A stretch of 64,000 bases of DNA from Aulosira sp. ZfuVER01 (GTDB lineage: Bacteria; Cyanobacteriota; Cyanobacteriia; Cyanobacteriales; Nostocaceae). Position numbers and translations under genes: made by a program. Shown here piece after piece: positions 15,824 to 27,719 of this stretch. Position 1 is the first letter of the stretch, and each line of letters begins with the position of its first letter. The notes under the pieces were generated by a model. That model had not been told where the DNA came from. It searched no databases and worked only from the letters and a program-made list of their open reading frames with translations. The stretch lies in the NCBI GenBank assembly GCA_034530615.2, contig JAVRCV020000046.1, positions 1 through 64,000 of the forward strand, written 5' to 3'.

Positions 15824-18800
15824 TTACCGATCGCAGATATGGCGATCGCTATTGTTTACATTGGGGTTATTTTGTAGGTAATCTTTGATTTGCAAGCATC
15901 CCCGCCGCCTAAGGTCATCCAAATTTAAATCCCATACTTTTACCCCAACATCTTCACTTGCACTAATTAGCGCCTTACCATCAGGAGTGAAGCTGATGCT
16001 ATTAACTTTACCAGGATGACCTAATAGGGTTTTGAGTAAAGTGCGATCGCTAATATTCCACAGCTTAATTGTACCGTCAGCGCTGCCAGAAGCTAGTATT
16101 TGGCTGTTTGGCAGAAAACTCAAACTCGTTACACCAGCCGTATGTCCAGCGAGAGTGGTAATTAAAGTCCCGTCAGCGACGTTCCAAAGTTTGATATTGT
16201 TATCTAAACTAGCAGCAGCCAGGATTGTGTTATCTGGACTAAATTTTACAGATGCGATCGCTAGTCCATTTCCCTGTAAAGTTCTGACAAGACTACCATC
16301 AAGCCTCCAAAGTTTGACTGTCTTATCGTAACTGCCGGAAGCTAGCATTTGACCATCAGTACTAAAGCTAACGCTGGTTATTTCATCAGTATGTGCTTTG
16401 AGAGTTTGTAGTAATTTCCCATCTGAAATTTGCCATAATTTGATAGTTTTATCTGCATTACCAGAAGCCAGCACCTTCCCATCAGAACTAAAACTAATAC
16501 TAGTTACTCGTGCTGTATGTCCTGTGAGTGTTTGCACTAGAGAATTATTTGCGATATTCCATAATTTAATTGTTTTATCGTCACTGGCAGCAGCGATAAT
16601 TTTGCGATTAGGACTAAAATCTACAGCGTAAATTATCCCTTGATTTCCTAAAATAGTTTTTATAAATTTTCCATTATCTTCCCATATTTTAATTTTGCCA
16701 TCCCAACCAGCCGCAGCAAATATTTTGTTATCAGGACTAACACTCACACTATAAAAACTAGTTTTATCCCGGTTTGTTGCAGAATTATTTACTCGCCAAA
16801 GTCTAACAGTTTTGTCAGCACTAGCAGAAGCGATGATTTTACCATCAGGACTAAAGCTAATCTGATTAATTTGTGCGCCATGCCCTCTGAAAATTTGCTG
16901 TATTTCTATACTTGATTTATCTTGAATACTCCATACTTTCAGTATTGCATCAGCATCACCAGCAGCGAGCAATTTACCATCTGGGCTAAAGCTGATACTG
17001 TTAATTTGATTTGTATTACCTTCAATAGTTTGTAAAAGTATGCCTTGACGATTCCAAAGTTTAATAGTTTTATCCCCACTAGCAGAAGCTATAAATTTAC
17101 CATCGGGGCTAAATCTAACACAAGTCACTCGTTCTTTATGCCCTGACATTGTTTGCAATAACTTCCCATTTGCTTGCCAAAGCTTGACTAAATTATCTTC
17201 ACCACCTGAAGCGATTACTTGACCATCAGGACTTAAGCTAACAGTATTTACCCAACCCTTATGAGCATTCCAGCTTTTAATTAAACTGCCATCGATACGC
17301 CATAATTTGATAGTTTTATCTCGGCTATTAGAAATAAGCGTTTTATCATCTGGACTAAAATCTACACTATTTATAATATCAGTATGCCCAGTAAAAATTT
17401 TGATTAGCTTGCTATCTATAGTATATATTTTAATAATTTTATCTGTACTTGTAGCAATAAATTTCCCATTGTGGCTGAAATTAATATCTATAAATCTACT
17501 TTGATTATCAGTTATAGTATTAATTAATTTCCCTTCTGTATTCCAAATTTTAATTGTACCGTCATCGCTAGCAGAGGCGATAATTTTTCCATTAGGGCTA
17601 AAACTTACAGCATTAACTTGTTGACTATGACCTTGTAAGCGATTAAGTTCTTGAGTTTGCTCAACAGCTTGCTGAAGAGTTGCTACAGTTGCTAACTGAA
17701 TATCTTTGTCTGGTGCAAACACCCGCTTTACTTCTCGCCCAGCTTTTACACTGGCAATTAAAGCTTCTAGTTGCTGATTTGATAATAATAATGCTTCCGA
17801 TGAGGCATTCAAAGCAGAAATTTCGCGTAACTGCGCTGCTTGTTTTTGAAAATAAGCTAATCCACCCAAACCACTAGCAGCAATTCCCAAAACGCTGATA
17901 ACTGCAATAGCTTTTTGCGCTTGTCGAAGTCGCTTTTTCTGTTCAAATTGTTGTCGTTGTCTTTCTTCTAAACAAGCAGCAATGAAACGTTGAACATCTT
18001 GAGATAACTCATCCGTATATTTGACATAGATTTCTTCCGCCTCTGCCAAACGGATACCTTGCAACAAAAAATCAGCTTCTTCAGAATTATATTTCCACAA
18101 AGCTGCCGCTTGTTCAATTTGACGTTGCGATCGCAACCTACTGCGATTCTCCTCCAACCACCAGCGCAAAGTTGACCAATGGCGAATCAATATTTCATGC
18201 GCCACCTCAATAGTTACCGCCGACGCATTAGGACTGACACGGAGACTGTCTGACGCGGAGACGCGGAGAGATTTTAATGATAGATTACTCGAACTAGATA
18301 TCACAGATTCTCCCTCATCTGCATATCTTCCCATCTCCGTGTCCCCGCGTCCCCGCGTCCCCGCGTCTCCTTTACTCTCCTCTTCCAAATTCACCACCAC
18401 TAACTTCGCAGCAGTTAACACTTGCAGCGTTCTTTCCACCAACGCCGCCGGATATTTTTGCACCACTAACTCTGATTTCAGCACCCTGCGCCTGGTATCT
18501 TCTGTACCATCGCCTAATTGAGTGAGAGAGAGAAAAATCCACCTTGCACAATCTTGAGCTTGGGTATCTAAACTTTCATAAACCGCTTGGGCTTTACGTT
18601 CCAATGCGCCCTTAATTCCACCCACCTGTTGCTGATACGCCGCTAGAGTCAGTTCCCCCTCTTGCCGAAATTCCCACAACTGGTCTAGTACAAATTCTAA
18701 CAGCGGTAAATCTCCCGCCGAGTGGTTTAACTCCTGTACCAGTACTTCCACCAGTTCCGGTTCTACTTTTAAGCTGACTTGTTCCGCTGGATTAATAATG

Positions 18801-21091
18801 ACACGCCGATAATCGCGATCGCTCAAATTAGGCGGAACTAAAACACTCGATTCTTGCAATAAACTCGCCAGTGCAGGTACTTCCAAGCAAGCAGCAATAA
18901 AATCTGCCCGCAAAGTAACGACTAATTTAAACTTATCAGCAGCATATTCTATTGCTCCCAACACCAAATCTAAAAATCGCTGTCTATCTTCACTAGGCGC
19001 AAGCGTAAACAATTCCTCAAACTGGTCTACCACCAACACCACCACAGTTTCAGGCCGGCTACGCAACCAGTAAACAAAGCCTTCCACCCCCTGATACAGC
19101 ATCCCCTCTAACACCAGTTCAGGAGACGAAGAATCTTCAATTCCCCCTTGTCCCCCCTTTCCCCGCGTCCCCGCGTCACTCCGTCTCCGTGTCTCCGTAT
19201 CCCCTCCCAACCGCTTCGCCAACTCTTCCAACGGACGCGCACCGGGACGCAAACATTTAATTAACCAAGAATCGCTTCCCGGTAATTGTTTACCAAGACG
19301 CAATTGCGCCATTAATCCCGCTTGTACAACGGAAGATTTACCACTACCAGAAGCACCCACTACAGCTAAGAAAGATTTATGTGCTATCTGACTAATTAAA
19401 TGCTGGGTTAAAGATTCTCTACCAAAAAAATATTGCGCATCTTCTTCAACAAAAGCCCTTAATCCCCGGTAAGGACAAATTTTTAAATCTAATGCTGCTT
19501 TTTTATGACTACGTGACCCAGTTGTAGCAGGAATAATTTCAATTACACCTTGAGTTCCTGATAGCCAAAAATGCAGTGGTAGAAATGGGGTACTTTGTGT
19601 TGCTAGTTGAATTTGCAATTGCGTAATCCAACCTGCTACAGATAAACCTGCTGGTTGATTAGCAGCTTTTAAAGTAGCGATAAGTATTTGCGCAAAGAAT
19701 TCTGGATTATCTTTTGGGGAAGTAGCAGCAATAATACATTGCCCCTTTTCCAATTCTAACTGCAAGTCTTCCACCCATTCCTGAATGGAAGAAACAACAG
19801 TTGCGACTACAGAAAAATCTAAAATAATGATTTGCTGGGATATTTGCGAACGGCGTAATTGTTGCCTTAACCAAGAACGACTGAGCCAAATATCTTCGGC
19901 TATTAATAATGCTGCTTCTCCTGCTGGGGTTTCTTCTAAAATTCCGCGTAGATATAACAATACAGTTGCAGCTTCTTCATTTCTGGCGTGGCGTTGTTGA
20001 TTTGCCGAACCTAAACATTCTTGAATAGCAGCACGAACGTCCTTAGCAGTTGTTTCCACCGAACGAGCCACATATTCTAACTCAAAATCGCCAGCATCAA
20101 CCAATATCTTACTAAAATCTAGAGTTGTTTGATAGCCGCTAAATCTCTCAATTACTAGCGCTATTCTTGAAGGGGTCGATTCTGCGATCGCCGGAATTGA
20201 ACCTAAAATTAATTCCCCGACTCCTTCAACGATTCGCTTAGGTGTTTGTAAGGGGTATTCGCTAAAAAGTTGGGTATCTCCTTTACCGCGTTTTTGTTGA
20301 TTAATTAAGCGTAACTGTTGATTAGTTTTATCAATATATTGCAACGTTTGATGATAAACATAGCGATAAAGCCCATCAGCAAAAATTACACCTTGGGCAT
20401 CAGCAGCATCACCATTTAAACCCCGCATTAAAAAATAAGTAAATACCCCATGACCCAGTTCGGGAAACTCCCAAGATTGCTGATTAATATCGCAGGAAAG
20501 TAATGCATAAAAGCCTTTACCTTTACTAGCATTACGCTGCAAAGCGTCTACTAATTGCGGAGTAGGATTTAGCAATGGTTCTGCAACTGCTCCCCTCAGA
20601 GTCATTCCCCCGCTATGGCAAGCATCCAACCACACTAACTGATTTTGTACCCCACTTTTACTTAACTGTGCTAACAGTTCTTTAACAGGTAAACCAGTCT
20701 TTTCTAAATTATCTTTGTGCGTATCTGCCAAACACAAAAATGCTTCTTGAGTATTTGGCTGTAGCATTCCATGACCAGAAAAATAAAATAGAACCGTGTC
20801 AATCGGTTGGGCATCAACAGCAATTTGCCGTAAACTTTCGCGCACAGTTGCTAATAGTGGCAACTGATGAGCAAAATCGTGATAAATTTTTACCTGTCTT
20901 TGGGGAAACTGTTCTTTAGTTGCGCTTGCTAAAGCTTCAGCTAATACCTGACAATCAACTGCTGAATAACGTAGCGAAGGAAGTTGATCGTCTTGGTATT
21001 GATTGACACCCACCAGTAACAACCACAATTTCGGGGCAATTGTTTGTTTAGCTTGACTTGAACGACTGGTAGTAACACCGCGTGGACACAT
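15824..21091 (-). CDS. Caspase (peptidase C14)-STAND NTPase-TM-WD40 protein
   Basis: Catalytic dyad FSGHG / LDACHSG; CPYRGL; Walker [10 protein letters not shown]; Walker B VVDQFEE; TM helix; many diverged WD40 repeats. Confidence 0.9.
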   Translation of the reverse strand: MCPRGVTTSRSSQAKQTIAPKLWLLLVGVNQYQDDQLPSLRYSAVDCQVLAEALASATKEQFPQRQVKIYHDFAHQLPLLATVRESLRQIAVDAQPIDTVLFYFSGHGMLQPNTQEAFLCLADTHKDNLEKTGLPVKELLAQLSKSGVQNQLVWLDACHSGGMTLRGAVAEPLLNPTPQLVDALQRNASKGKGFYALLSCDINQQSWEFPELGHGVFTYFLMRGLNGDAADAQGVIFADGLYRYVYHQTLQYIDKTNQQLRLINQQKRGKGDTQLFSEYPLQTPKRIVEGVGELILGSIPAIAESTPSRIALVIERFSGYQTTLDFSKILVDAGDFELEYVARSVETTAKDVRAAIQECLGSANQQRHARNEEAATVLLYLRGILEETPAGEAALLIAEDIWLSRSWLRQQLRRSQISQQIIILDFSVVATVVSSIQEWVEDLQLELEKGQCIIAATSPKDNPEFFAQILIATLKAANQPAGLSVAGWITQLQIQLATQSTPFLPLHFWLSGTQGVIEIIPATTGSRSHKKAALDLKICPYRGLRAFVEEDAQYFFGRESLTQHLISQIAHKSFLAVVGASGSGKSSVVQAGLMAQLRLGKQLPGSDSWLIKCLRPGARPLEELAKRLGGDTETRRRSDAGTRGKGGQGGIEDSSSPELVLEGMLYQGVEGFVYWLRSRPETVVVLVVDQFEELFTLAPSEDRQRFLDLVLGAIEYAADKFKLVVTLRADFIAACLEVPALASLLQESSVLVPPNLSDRDYRRVIINPAEQVSLKVEPELVEVLVQELNHSAGDLPLLEFVLDQLWEFRQEGELTLAAYQQQVGGIKGALERKAQAVYESLDTQAQDCARWIFLSLTQLGDGTEDTRRRVLKSELVVQKYPAALVERTLQVLTAAKLVVVNLEEESKGDAGTRGRGDTEMGRYADEGESVISSSSNLSLKSLRVSASDSLRVSPNASAVTIEVAHEILIRHWSTLRWWLEENRSRLRSQRQIEQAAALWKYNSEEADFLLQGIRLAEAEEIYVKYTDELSQDVQRFIAACLEERQRQQFEQKKRLRQAQKAIAVISVLGIAASGLGGLAYFQKQAAQLREISALNASSEALLLSNQQLEALIASVKAGREVKRVFAPDKDIQLATVATLQQAVEQTQELNRLQGHSQQVNAVSFSPNGKIIASASDDGTIKIWNTEGKLINTITDNQSRFIDINFSHNGKFIATSTDKIIKIYTIDSKLIKIFTGHTDIINSVDFSPDDKTLISNSRDKTIKLWRIDGSLIKSWNAHKGWVNTVSLSPDGQVIASGGEDNLVKLWQANGKLLQTMSGHKERVTCVRFSPDGKFIASASGDKTIKLWNRQGILLQTIEGNTNQINSISFSPDGKLLAAGDADAILKVWSIQDKSSIEIQQIFRGHGAQINQISFSPDGKIIASASADKTVRLWRVNNSATNRDKTSFYSVSVSPDNKIFAAAGWDGKIKIWEDNGKFIKTILGNQGIIYAVDFSPNRKIIAAASDDKTIKLWNIANNSLVQTLTGHTARVTSISFSSDGKVLASGNADKTIKLWQISDGKLLQTLKAHTDEITSVSFSTDGQMLASGSYDKTVKLWRLDGSLVRTLQGNGLAIASVKFSPDNTILAAASLDNNIKLWNVADGTLITTLAGHTAGVTSLSFLPNSQILASGSADGTIKLWNISDRTLLKTLLGHPGKVNSISFTPDGKALISASEDVGVKVWDLNLDDLRRRGCLQIKDYLQNNPNVNNSDRHICDR

Positions 21092-21188
21092 GAAAATTTA
21101 CAATTCCCAAATTTAAGCGATCGCACTTAACTTCACTATAGGTTTAGTGCCCTTGCTTTATGCAGGTTTGTAAACAATCTGAGTAAAT

Positions 21189-21554
21189 TTAAGAGTCTTC
21201 TAACAACACAAGTTCATATCCTGCATCGGCGGGAGACACGACTGAAATAAACACTAATGGCTCATCACCGTTGTTGAATACTCCATGCACACAACCAGTA
21301 TAAGCAACTACTACATCCCCAGCAGAAATTGGCTTTGTTGTGCCCACTTTATCTAGATAATACTTTCCCTTTCCACTTAAAATAGTCCAGGTATCTTGTC
21401 CATTCGGGTGGATATGCGCAGGGATTTCCTGTTCTGGCTTGATGTACCAGGCTACAACGACTGCATCTTGGGATTCTGTAACAACTGAACGAATAGGTTC
21501 TCCGTCTGTTGGTTGAAGAAATTGTGAACTGTTGAATATTCTGGTTGTACTCAT
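21189..21554 (-). CDS. Cupin-domain protein
   Basis: HIHPNGQDTWTILSGKG…AGDVV…HGVFN. Confidence 0.85.
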   Translation of the reverse strand: MSTTRIFNSSQFLQPTDGEPIRSVVTESQDAVVVAWYIKPEQEIPAHIHPNGQDTWTILSGKGKYYLDKVGTTKPISAGDVVVAYTGCVHGVFNNGDEPLVFISVVSPADAGYELVLLEDS

Positions 21555-21623
21555 CTTTGCAACACATCAATATATTAATAGAGGCGCAAAGCCTTGCGCC
21601 CCTAATATGATTTCACGCTCAAG

Positions 21624-22802
21624 TTAAACCACAGCAATTGACTCAGCTTTGACAGTATTGTAAGCCCAGTCTAACCAAGGCAGCAGCGCTTCAATATCTG
21701 CGGTTTCAACTGTTGCGCCTCCCCAAATTCTCAATCCTGGTGGTGCAGCACGATAAGGTGCAATATCGTAAGCTACTTTCTCTTTCTCCAGCAGTTTGGC
21801 TAATTGGGTAGCACATTTTGCTTGTGCTTCTGGACTCTGGCTAGTGAACCAAGAATCAATAATTTTCAAGCAGATGGAAGTACAAGAACGAGTTTCCGGC
21901 TTTTCTGCTAGAAAATCAGCCCAATCGCTTTGCTCAATCCATTTTGCGATCGCGTTTAAGTTAGCTTCACTGCGACTAATTAAGCCAGGAAGTCCACCAA
22001 TGCTTTCTGCCCAAGTTAATGTATCGAGGGCATCTTCTACACACAACATTGATGGCGTGTTGATGGTATCTCCTTTAAAAATACCTTCAATTAGCTTGCC
22101 TTTTTGTGTCAAGCGAAAAAGTTTAGGTAAAGGCCAAGCTGGTGTATAACTTTCCAGGCGTTCAACAGCACGAGGCGAAAGTACAATCACTCCATGCTGT
22201 GCTTCTCCACCCAATACTTTTTGCCAAGAGTAAGTCAGCACATCTATCTTTTCCCAAGGTATATCCATCGCAAATACTGCGGATGTAGCATCGCAAATGG
22301 TCAACCCTTGGCGGTCATCTTTGATCCAATCGCCATTGGGAACTCTCACACCGGAAGTTGTACCATTCCACAAAAAAACTACATCATGACTAAAATCAAC
22401 AGATTCTAAATCTGGCAAACTGCCATAGGGTGCTTTAATCAGGCGAACATCAGGTAACTTTAACTCGTCTGTGACATCTTTTACCCATTCCTGACCAAAA
22501 CTTTCCCATGCCAGGATATCAAGGGGTCTGTTTCCTAACAGTGACCACAAGGCCATCTCTACTGCACCAGTATCAGATGCGGGAACGATACCCAAGCGGT
22601 AATCAGCAGGAATTCCCAGCATTTTTTTGGAACGCTCAATGACATCTGCTAATTTTGCTTTCCCATCCTTGGAACGATGGGAACGACCAACACAGGCGTT
22701 TGCCAAGTTAGAAACAGACCAACCAGGACGCTTTGCACAAGGGCCAGAGGAAAAGTGAGGATTGGCAGGTTTGCTTGCGGGAGGAGAAAGGGGTTGCGAC
22801 AT
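21624..22802 (-). CDS. serC: Phosphoserine aminotransferase (Methanosarcina/alphaproteobacterial type)
   Basis: [38 protein letters not shown] (PLP lysine), INTPS; ATG at 22802. Confidence 0.9.
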   Translation of the reverse strand: MSQPLSPPASKPANPHFSSGPCAKRPGWSVSNLANACVGRSHRSKDGKAKLADVIERSKKMLGIPADYRLGIVPASDTGAVEMALWSLLGNRPLDILAWESFGQEWVKDVTDELKLPDVRLIKAPYGSLPDLESVDFSHDVVFLWNGTTSGVRVPNGDWIKDDRQGLTICDATSAVFAMDIPWEKIDVLTYSWQKVLGGEAQHGVIVLSPRAVERLESYTPAWPLPKLFRLTQKGKLIEGIFKGDTINTPSMLCVEDALDTLTWAESIGGLPGLISRSEANLNAIAKWIEQSDWADFLAEKPETRSCTSICLKIIDSWFTSQSPEAQAKCATQLAKLLEKEKVAYDIAPYRAAPPGLRIWGGATVETADIEALLPWLDWAYNTVKAESIAVV

Positions 22803-22959
22803 GCGTACAGTATTAAACAATTACTTAATGATGTACATAGTATCGGAGAAGCAGTACTTGATGATGTACTGACGCCCGATTCAACATCATATCCTTCCTG
22901 TTTATACCAAAATATTTAGTAAAAAAAACTTCATTTAATTGGGGCGATTGTGATTGTTC

Positions 22960-23409
22960 TTAAGTAGGGGGAACTTGCTTAATGAATGTCACAATTCTTT
23001 CTACCTCTTGAAAACCAACCTGACGATGAAATTCATAACTTATTGTGTTTTCTAATAAAGCATCTGAAGCAATTTCCACACATCCATGTTCCCGTGCCCA
23101 CTGTTGGGCATACTGGATTAAGTATCTGCCTACACCTTGCTGGCGATATTCACTTTTGACATAAATCCCTTCTACAAATGCAACAGGACTTTGAGTAGCA
23201 CCAGGCACGTAATCATATCTCAGCGAGAGATTCATAAATCCAATTGCTGTGTCCTGGTCATCTTTAATCAAAAATCCTGCCTCACGGGGAGATTGATGAA
23301 TCTTGTTCAGACTTGCGCGCATTTCTTCTGGCGATCCACCTGGCCATAGTTGCAAAGCAAGATTTAACCATGTATCGAAGTCATCCCGATCAACTGGGAC
23401 AATTTTCAT
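22960..23409 (-). CDS. GNAT acetyltransferase, AAC(6')-I-like
   Basis: LRYDYVPG…PVAFVEGIYV…RQQGVG…GCVEIASDA…N…FH…GFQEVER. Confidence 0.8.
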   Translation of the reverse strand: MKIVPVDRDDFDTWLNLALQLWPGGSPEEMRASLNKIHQSPREAGFLIKDDQDTAIGFMNLSLRYDYVPGATQSPVAFVEGIYVKSEYRQQGVGRYLIQYAQQWAREHGCVEIASDALLENTISYEFHRQVGFQEVERIVTFIKQVPPT

Positions 23410-23627
23410 TTTTGTCTCCTCTGCAAATAGCAACACATAGGGGATTTCTCGCCATTTTAGATATCGAACAACAGATAAATATCGATGTTCATCTGTTGTT
23501 CCTTTTATTCATATTCGGATTTTCGCAAGATGTCTATTAAATCAACACATAAATACCAAATATAAATGATGGAAAAAACAAACCTGTCGTAGGGGTTTAG
23601 CAGTGCTAAACCCTGCATAGCGCGGAT

Positions 23628-24629
23628 CTATCTCCGAAAATATTTCTTGCGTACTTTAGTATATATACTCTGTGTGAGTAATTTAGCCAGACGTATTTTT
23701 GTCAACTCTGGGATATTTTGTGGTTGTTGAATTTTATGATCGAAAAATTCATTTAATTCATCCAAAATTACCCGAAAACGCTTAATAATATTTTCGTAAC
23801 GATACTCTGTAAAAAACTGTTCTGTTAATGTCACATTTACTGGAGATACCAGCAATTTTAAAATACGTTGAATATCAAATTCTTGAGAATATCCAGCAAT
23901 TTTATGGCAATTAAATCCCGGATCTAAGTAATCAGATAATCCGCCATTGACGCTAGAAAATACCTTACAGCCACAGGCAAGAGCTTCCATTGGTTGCAGA
24001 CCAAATCCTTCACTCACGCCCTGTTGTGCCCAATATTCCGCAGAATCGTAAAGATAAATCTTAGCGCGATTGAATAACCCAGGTAAATCCTCAACATAGG
24101 AATTCACAACAAATACATGACATTTTTTCTGTAATTCGGGAATCAATGCTTGCATTAAATATTGCGAAGATTTTCTTGCCTGAATTAAAACATCAATATC
24201 TCGCTCTAGATGTAAATTTTGAAATTCGTCACTAATTTGATTGGGTAAATAATAAATTAAAGAGTTGGGAGCTTTTTGTCCCCAGTATCCCATTGTATTG
24301 CGGCTCACAGTAATAATCGGTACACTGGATGACAAGCGGAATTTGTAACCTGCACTGTGAGCATGGTAGACAACGTTATATTTTTGAAGCCTAGCAGCGA
24401 GTTTTGCTATATCAAATCCCCAACTGATGACAAAAATTACATCATCTAAATTTTTCTCTTTGAGCAAATCGTCTAGGAAAAGTTTATCTGTTTCTCGTTG
24501 ACGGTAAGTGACAACATCAGCACTACAAATCTGTTGAGCCAATTTAACTGTTTTTAACTCTGCCCAAAGACCACCACAAGCAAATTTACCATCTGTCCCT
24601 GGAACTAAGAAATAAAGCTTTCTCATCAC
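23628..24629 (-). CDS. Glycosyltransferase (GT-B, GT4-like)
   Basis: EGFGLQPMEALACG. Confidence 0.8.
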   Translation of the reverse strand: MMRKLYFLVPGTDGKFACGGLWAELKTVKLAQQICSADVVTYRQRETDKLFLDDLLKEKNLDDVIFVISWGFDIAKLAARLQKYNVVYHAHSAGYKFRLSSSVPIITVSRNTMGYWGQKAPNSLIYYLPNQISDEFQNLHLERDIDVLIQARKSSQYLMQALIPELQKKCHVFVVNSYVEDLPGLFNRAKIYLYDSAEYWAQQGVSEGFGLQPMEALACGCKVFSSVNGGLSDYLDPGFNCHKIAGYSQEFDIQRILKLLVSPVNVTLTEQFFTEYRYENIIKRFRVILDELNEFFDHKIQQPQNIPELTKIRLAKLLTQSIYTKVRKKYFRR

Positions 24630-24727
24630 TGAACTCTCTGAAAATGGGTGGACGCGCGATCGCGTCGCGGTAAGTCACTATCTTAATAGATTCGGATCTT
24701 AACTACTAGCAAAGGTTCGCCCAGACT

Positions 24728-25450
24728 TTATTCTTGCCAATTTACCTTGACAAAATGAGCATCCCGTCCCCAAACATCGCTTGTACGTGTAATTTGTTCA
24801 ATTTTGAGGTTAAAGGGAATGGCAGTTGTCAGGTAGCGCTGTGCCATTGAACCTAAATCGGGTGCGATTTCCGCTGCTGTTGTGGCTGCTAATCCTAAAC
24901 CGATGAGTTGTTCAATTGGGCGAAATGGTAGCAATAGATACACACCTACAGATAGCCCGGCGGTTAACAGCATAGCTACTGACAAATTCGTGCCGCAACG
25001 GGGATGTACAGCTAAATCTCCTTCACCACTAGTCAGGCGATGTAAGGCCAAGGTGACTGCACGGCGTAAATCGCTAATATTGACTTCACCATAGAGATAG
25101 AATCCATGCTCTGTAGACAAACCACTTAATAATTCGTTATCAACTTGAACAGTATCTCTAGAAGTATGGACACGGTTTGATTCACTCAGAACCCAAACAG
25201 TAGCGTGTTCTAGGGCATGAACTTGTCGCAGCATCAAAATTTCTTTTAATCCAGGGACAAATGATAGCTGCTTGAGTAAATCAGCATCTTGTGAGGGTTG
25301 TGGAAAATCTGTAGAGGTGGAAAAGCTTTGACCTGCAACCTTTGGAATATTCCCAGACAGAGGTACTGTCCAATCAAAGCTAAAAAAGTCAAAGAGAGAT
25401 GAGCCACTTTGAAAAGAAGCAGAAGTATTCATAGAAGCACTGCTCCCCAA
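24728..25450 (-). CDS. Conserved hypothetical membrane protein (DUF6391-like)
   Basis: RQVHALEHAT, LAVHPRCGTN, two C-terminal hydrophobic helices. Confidence 0.6.
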   Translation of the reverse strand: MGSSASMNTSASFQSGSSLFDFFSFDWTVPLSGNIPKVAGQSFSTSTDFPQPSQDADLLKQLSFVPGLKEILMLRQVHALEHATVWVLSESNRVHTSRDTVQVDNELLSGLSTEHGFYLYGEVNISDLRRAVTLALHRLTSGEGDLAVHPRCGTNLSVAMLLTAGLSVGVYLLLPFRPIEQLIGLGLAATTAAEIAPDLGSMAQRYLTTAIPFNLKIEQITRTSDVWGRDAHFVKVNWQE

Positions 25451-25979
25451 ACCAATGGAGCAATCTAGATTTCTTTCAAATGTAGCGCTTGCGGCAAAAT
25501 ATTATTGCTAATTTTTATTGAAAGCGACGGGAAACTCCATTTCTTCATGGGCATTGGGCATGGGGCATTGGGCATCTGACAGGTGTAGGTTTTTCATCAA
25601 TCATTTGAACGCAGGAATCAGCTTTTTCTTCCTTGTCCCCCTTCTCCCTTTTCCCTAAATTCATAGCGATGGGAAATTGGAAGTCTCTGATGCATAGGCA
25701 GCAAAAAACCAAGGGTTTGAGTAAGGGGTGCAGGTATTCAAACCTTCACGCCCTTACACCCTTACAGTCAGCCTGCGTAAGTCCTAATCTGGTTGATTGC
25801 GACGCTAATAACAGTTTGTGGTAGAAGTTCACACTGATGAAACAAATGCGTGAAGAGTAGAACTTTTAGTTAAGCGTCAAATTTGCCTTGGCCGTAAACC
25901 AAAAGAACTTGAACATGATAACGCAATCAATGATGTCGGGGTTTAGACGCCATCGATCGCGTCTTTACTAGCAACTTGT

Positions 25980-26243
25980 CTAATCGTTAGGGTTAGGCAG
26001 AGGACAGCAATTGATATCATTCAAACAGACTTTGCCCCACTGTAATGCCCAGCGCACAAGCGCTACTCGGTTTTCCGTCTGGGTTTTAGTGAGAATATTG
26101 CTGATATGGTTATCAACTGTGCGTTTGCTAATTTCCAGTTTTCCTGCAATCTCTTGGTTAGTTAAGCCAGCGGCCACTAAGTCGATTATTTGCAGTTCTC
26201 TGTCTGACAGACTAACAGGGGTCTGAGACTCGCCAGCAGCCAT
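25980..26243 (-). CDS. pedR: Small LuxR-type regulator PedR
   Basis: LuxR HTH only, with C-terminal WGKVC…NCC cysteine motif. Confidence 0.85.
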   Translation of the reverse strand: MAAGESQTPVSLSDRELQIIDLVAAGLTNQEIAGKLEISKRTVDNHISNILTKTQTENRVALVRWALQWGKVCLNDINCCPLPNPND

Positions 26244-26595
26244 GACTTATTCTATCCTCCTTGGTATATGTACTTAATCACTCTATCTAATTCTAGAAGA
26301 TTCTTTTGTAGACAGGGGTTTCTCGTGTCATTAGCATAACAATTGCCATTATTTTCCTTTTATCTATGGTTCATAGTCATGAAATTGACAAAATCATAGT
26401 ACTAAATACTACCATCTCCTAGAGAAAGTCAGCTTTTTTACCGATGCAAAGAAATGTGGGGGCAAAAGCAATACATCTTAAGATTAGTAGCAAAAATTGC
26501 TATTTCATTCTATGAAGGACGGGCGACAGATAGCACAGATTATTGTAGATTTTATACTGGAAAATCTTCCTCCCAAATCGAAACCCTAAAATGAA

Positions 26596-27573
26596 ATGAG
26601 CAATCCCCGTGTTTTGTGTCTCGGTGAAATTTTGTTTGATTGTTTAGCCGATCAATTGGGGCTAAAGCTAGAAGAAGTTAAGTCCTGGACTCCTTACCCA
26701 GGAGGAGCACCAGCTAACGTAGCCTGTGCTTTAGTAAAGCTAGGGACGCCAGCAGGTTTTATTGGATCTGTTGGTGAAGATGAACCAGGAAATCAATTAA
26801 TTAAGGTCTTACAAGAAGTAGGCGTAGACACAACAGGAGTGCAACGCCATTCTACAGCACCAACGCGACAAGTTTATGTTACGAGAGATCTAGCAGGCGA
26901 TCGCACTTTTGCTGGATTCGGCAAGTATGATACCACCGAATTTGCTGATACGCGCCTGCAAGCAGAAAAATTGCCCCATCTGCTATTTCAAGAGGCGGAT
27001 TTTCTCGTTTTAGGTACTTTGGAATTAGCTTATCCAGAAAGTGAAAAGGCAATTCACCGCGCTCTAGAATTAGCGGAATATTACGATTTGAAAATTTTGC
27101 TGGATGTGAATTGGCGTCCTGTATTTTGGCAAGATGCCAATATTGCTCGACAAAAAATTGAAGAAATATTTAAGCGAGTCGATTTTGTCAAACTCTCCAA
27201 AGAAGAAGCAGAATGGCTATTTGATACAAAAGACCCTGGTGCAATTACTTATCGAGCAGACTCAATTGAGGGCGTGCTGGTGACAGACGGAGAAAACGGT
27301 TGCGCCTATTGTTTGGGCGAGAATGAAGGCAAATTACCCTCATTTTTTATGCCTGTTGTAGATACGACAGGTGCAGGGGATAGTTTTTTAGCAGGATTTA
27401 TTCACCAAGTACTTCAGCATGGTATTCAAAGTTTGGGGAAAGCAGAAATAGCCAAACGCATTGTCACCTATGCTAGTGCTGTAGGTGCTTTGACTACTAT
27501 TAAACCAGGAGCGATCGCTTCCCAACCAACGGCGGCGGAAGTTGAGGCTTTTCTCGCTTCTCATCAACTGTAA
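26596..27573 (+). CDS. PfkB-family carbohydrate kinase (fructokinase-like)
   Basis: PGGAPANVA, DVNWRP, VDTTGAGDSF. Confidence 0.9.
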   Translation: MSNPRVLCLGEILFDCLADQLGLKLEEVKSWTPYPGGAPANVACALVKLGTPAGFIGSVGEDEPGNQLIKVLQEVGVDTTGVQRHSTAPTRQVYVTRDLAGDRTFAGFGKYDTTEFADTRLQAEKLPHLLFQEADFLVLGTLELAYPESEKAIHRALELAEYYDLKILLDVNWRPVFWQDANIARQKIEEIFKRVDFVKLSKEEAEWLFDTKDPGAITYRADSIEGVLVTDGENGCAYCLGENEGKLPSFFMPVVDTTGAGDSFLAGFIHQVLQHGIQSLGKAEIAKRIVTYASAVGALTTIKPGAIASQPTAAEVEAFLASHQL

Positions 27574-27719
27574 CGGGCATGGGGCAAACAAGGAGTGTGA
27601 GAGGATGGGGGAGAAAACTCCCCACACTCCCTCATCCGGAATAGTAAAAATATCGTTTGTAGCCTAGTGTGTTCTGAAACTTGATAGCGATCGTAGAATT
27701 TGTAGGTTCAAGAGACAGT

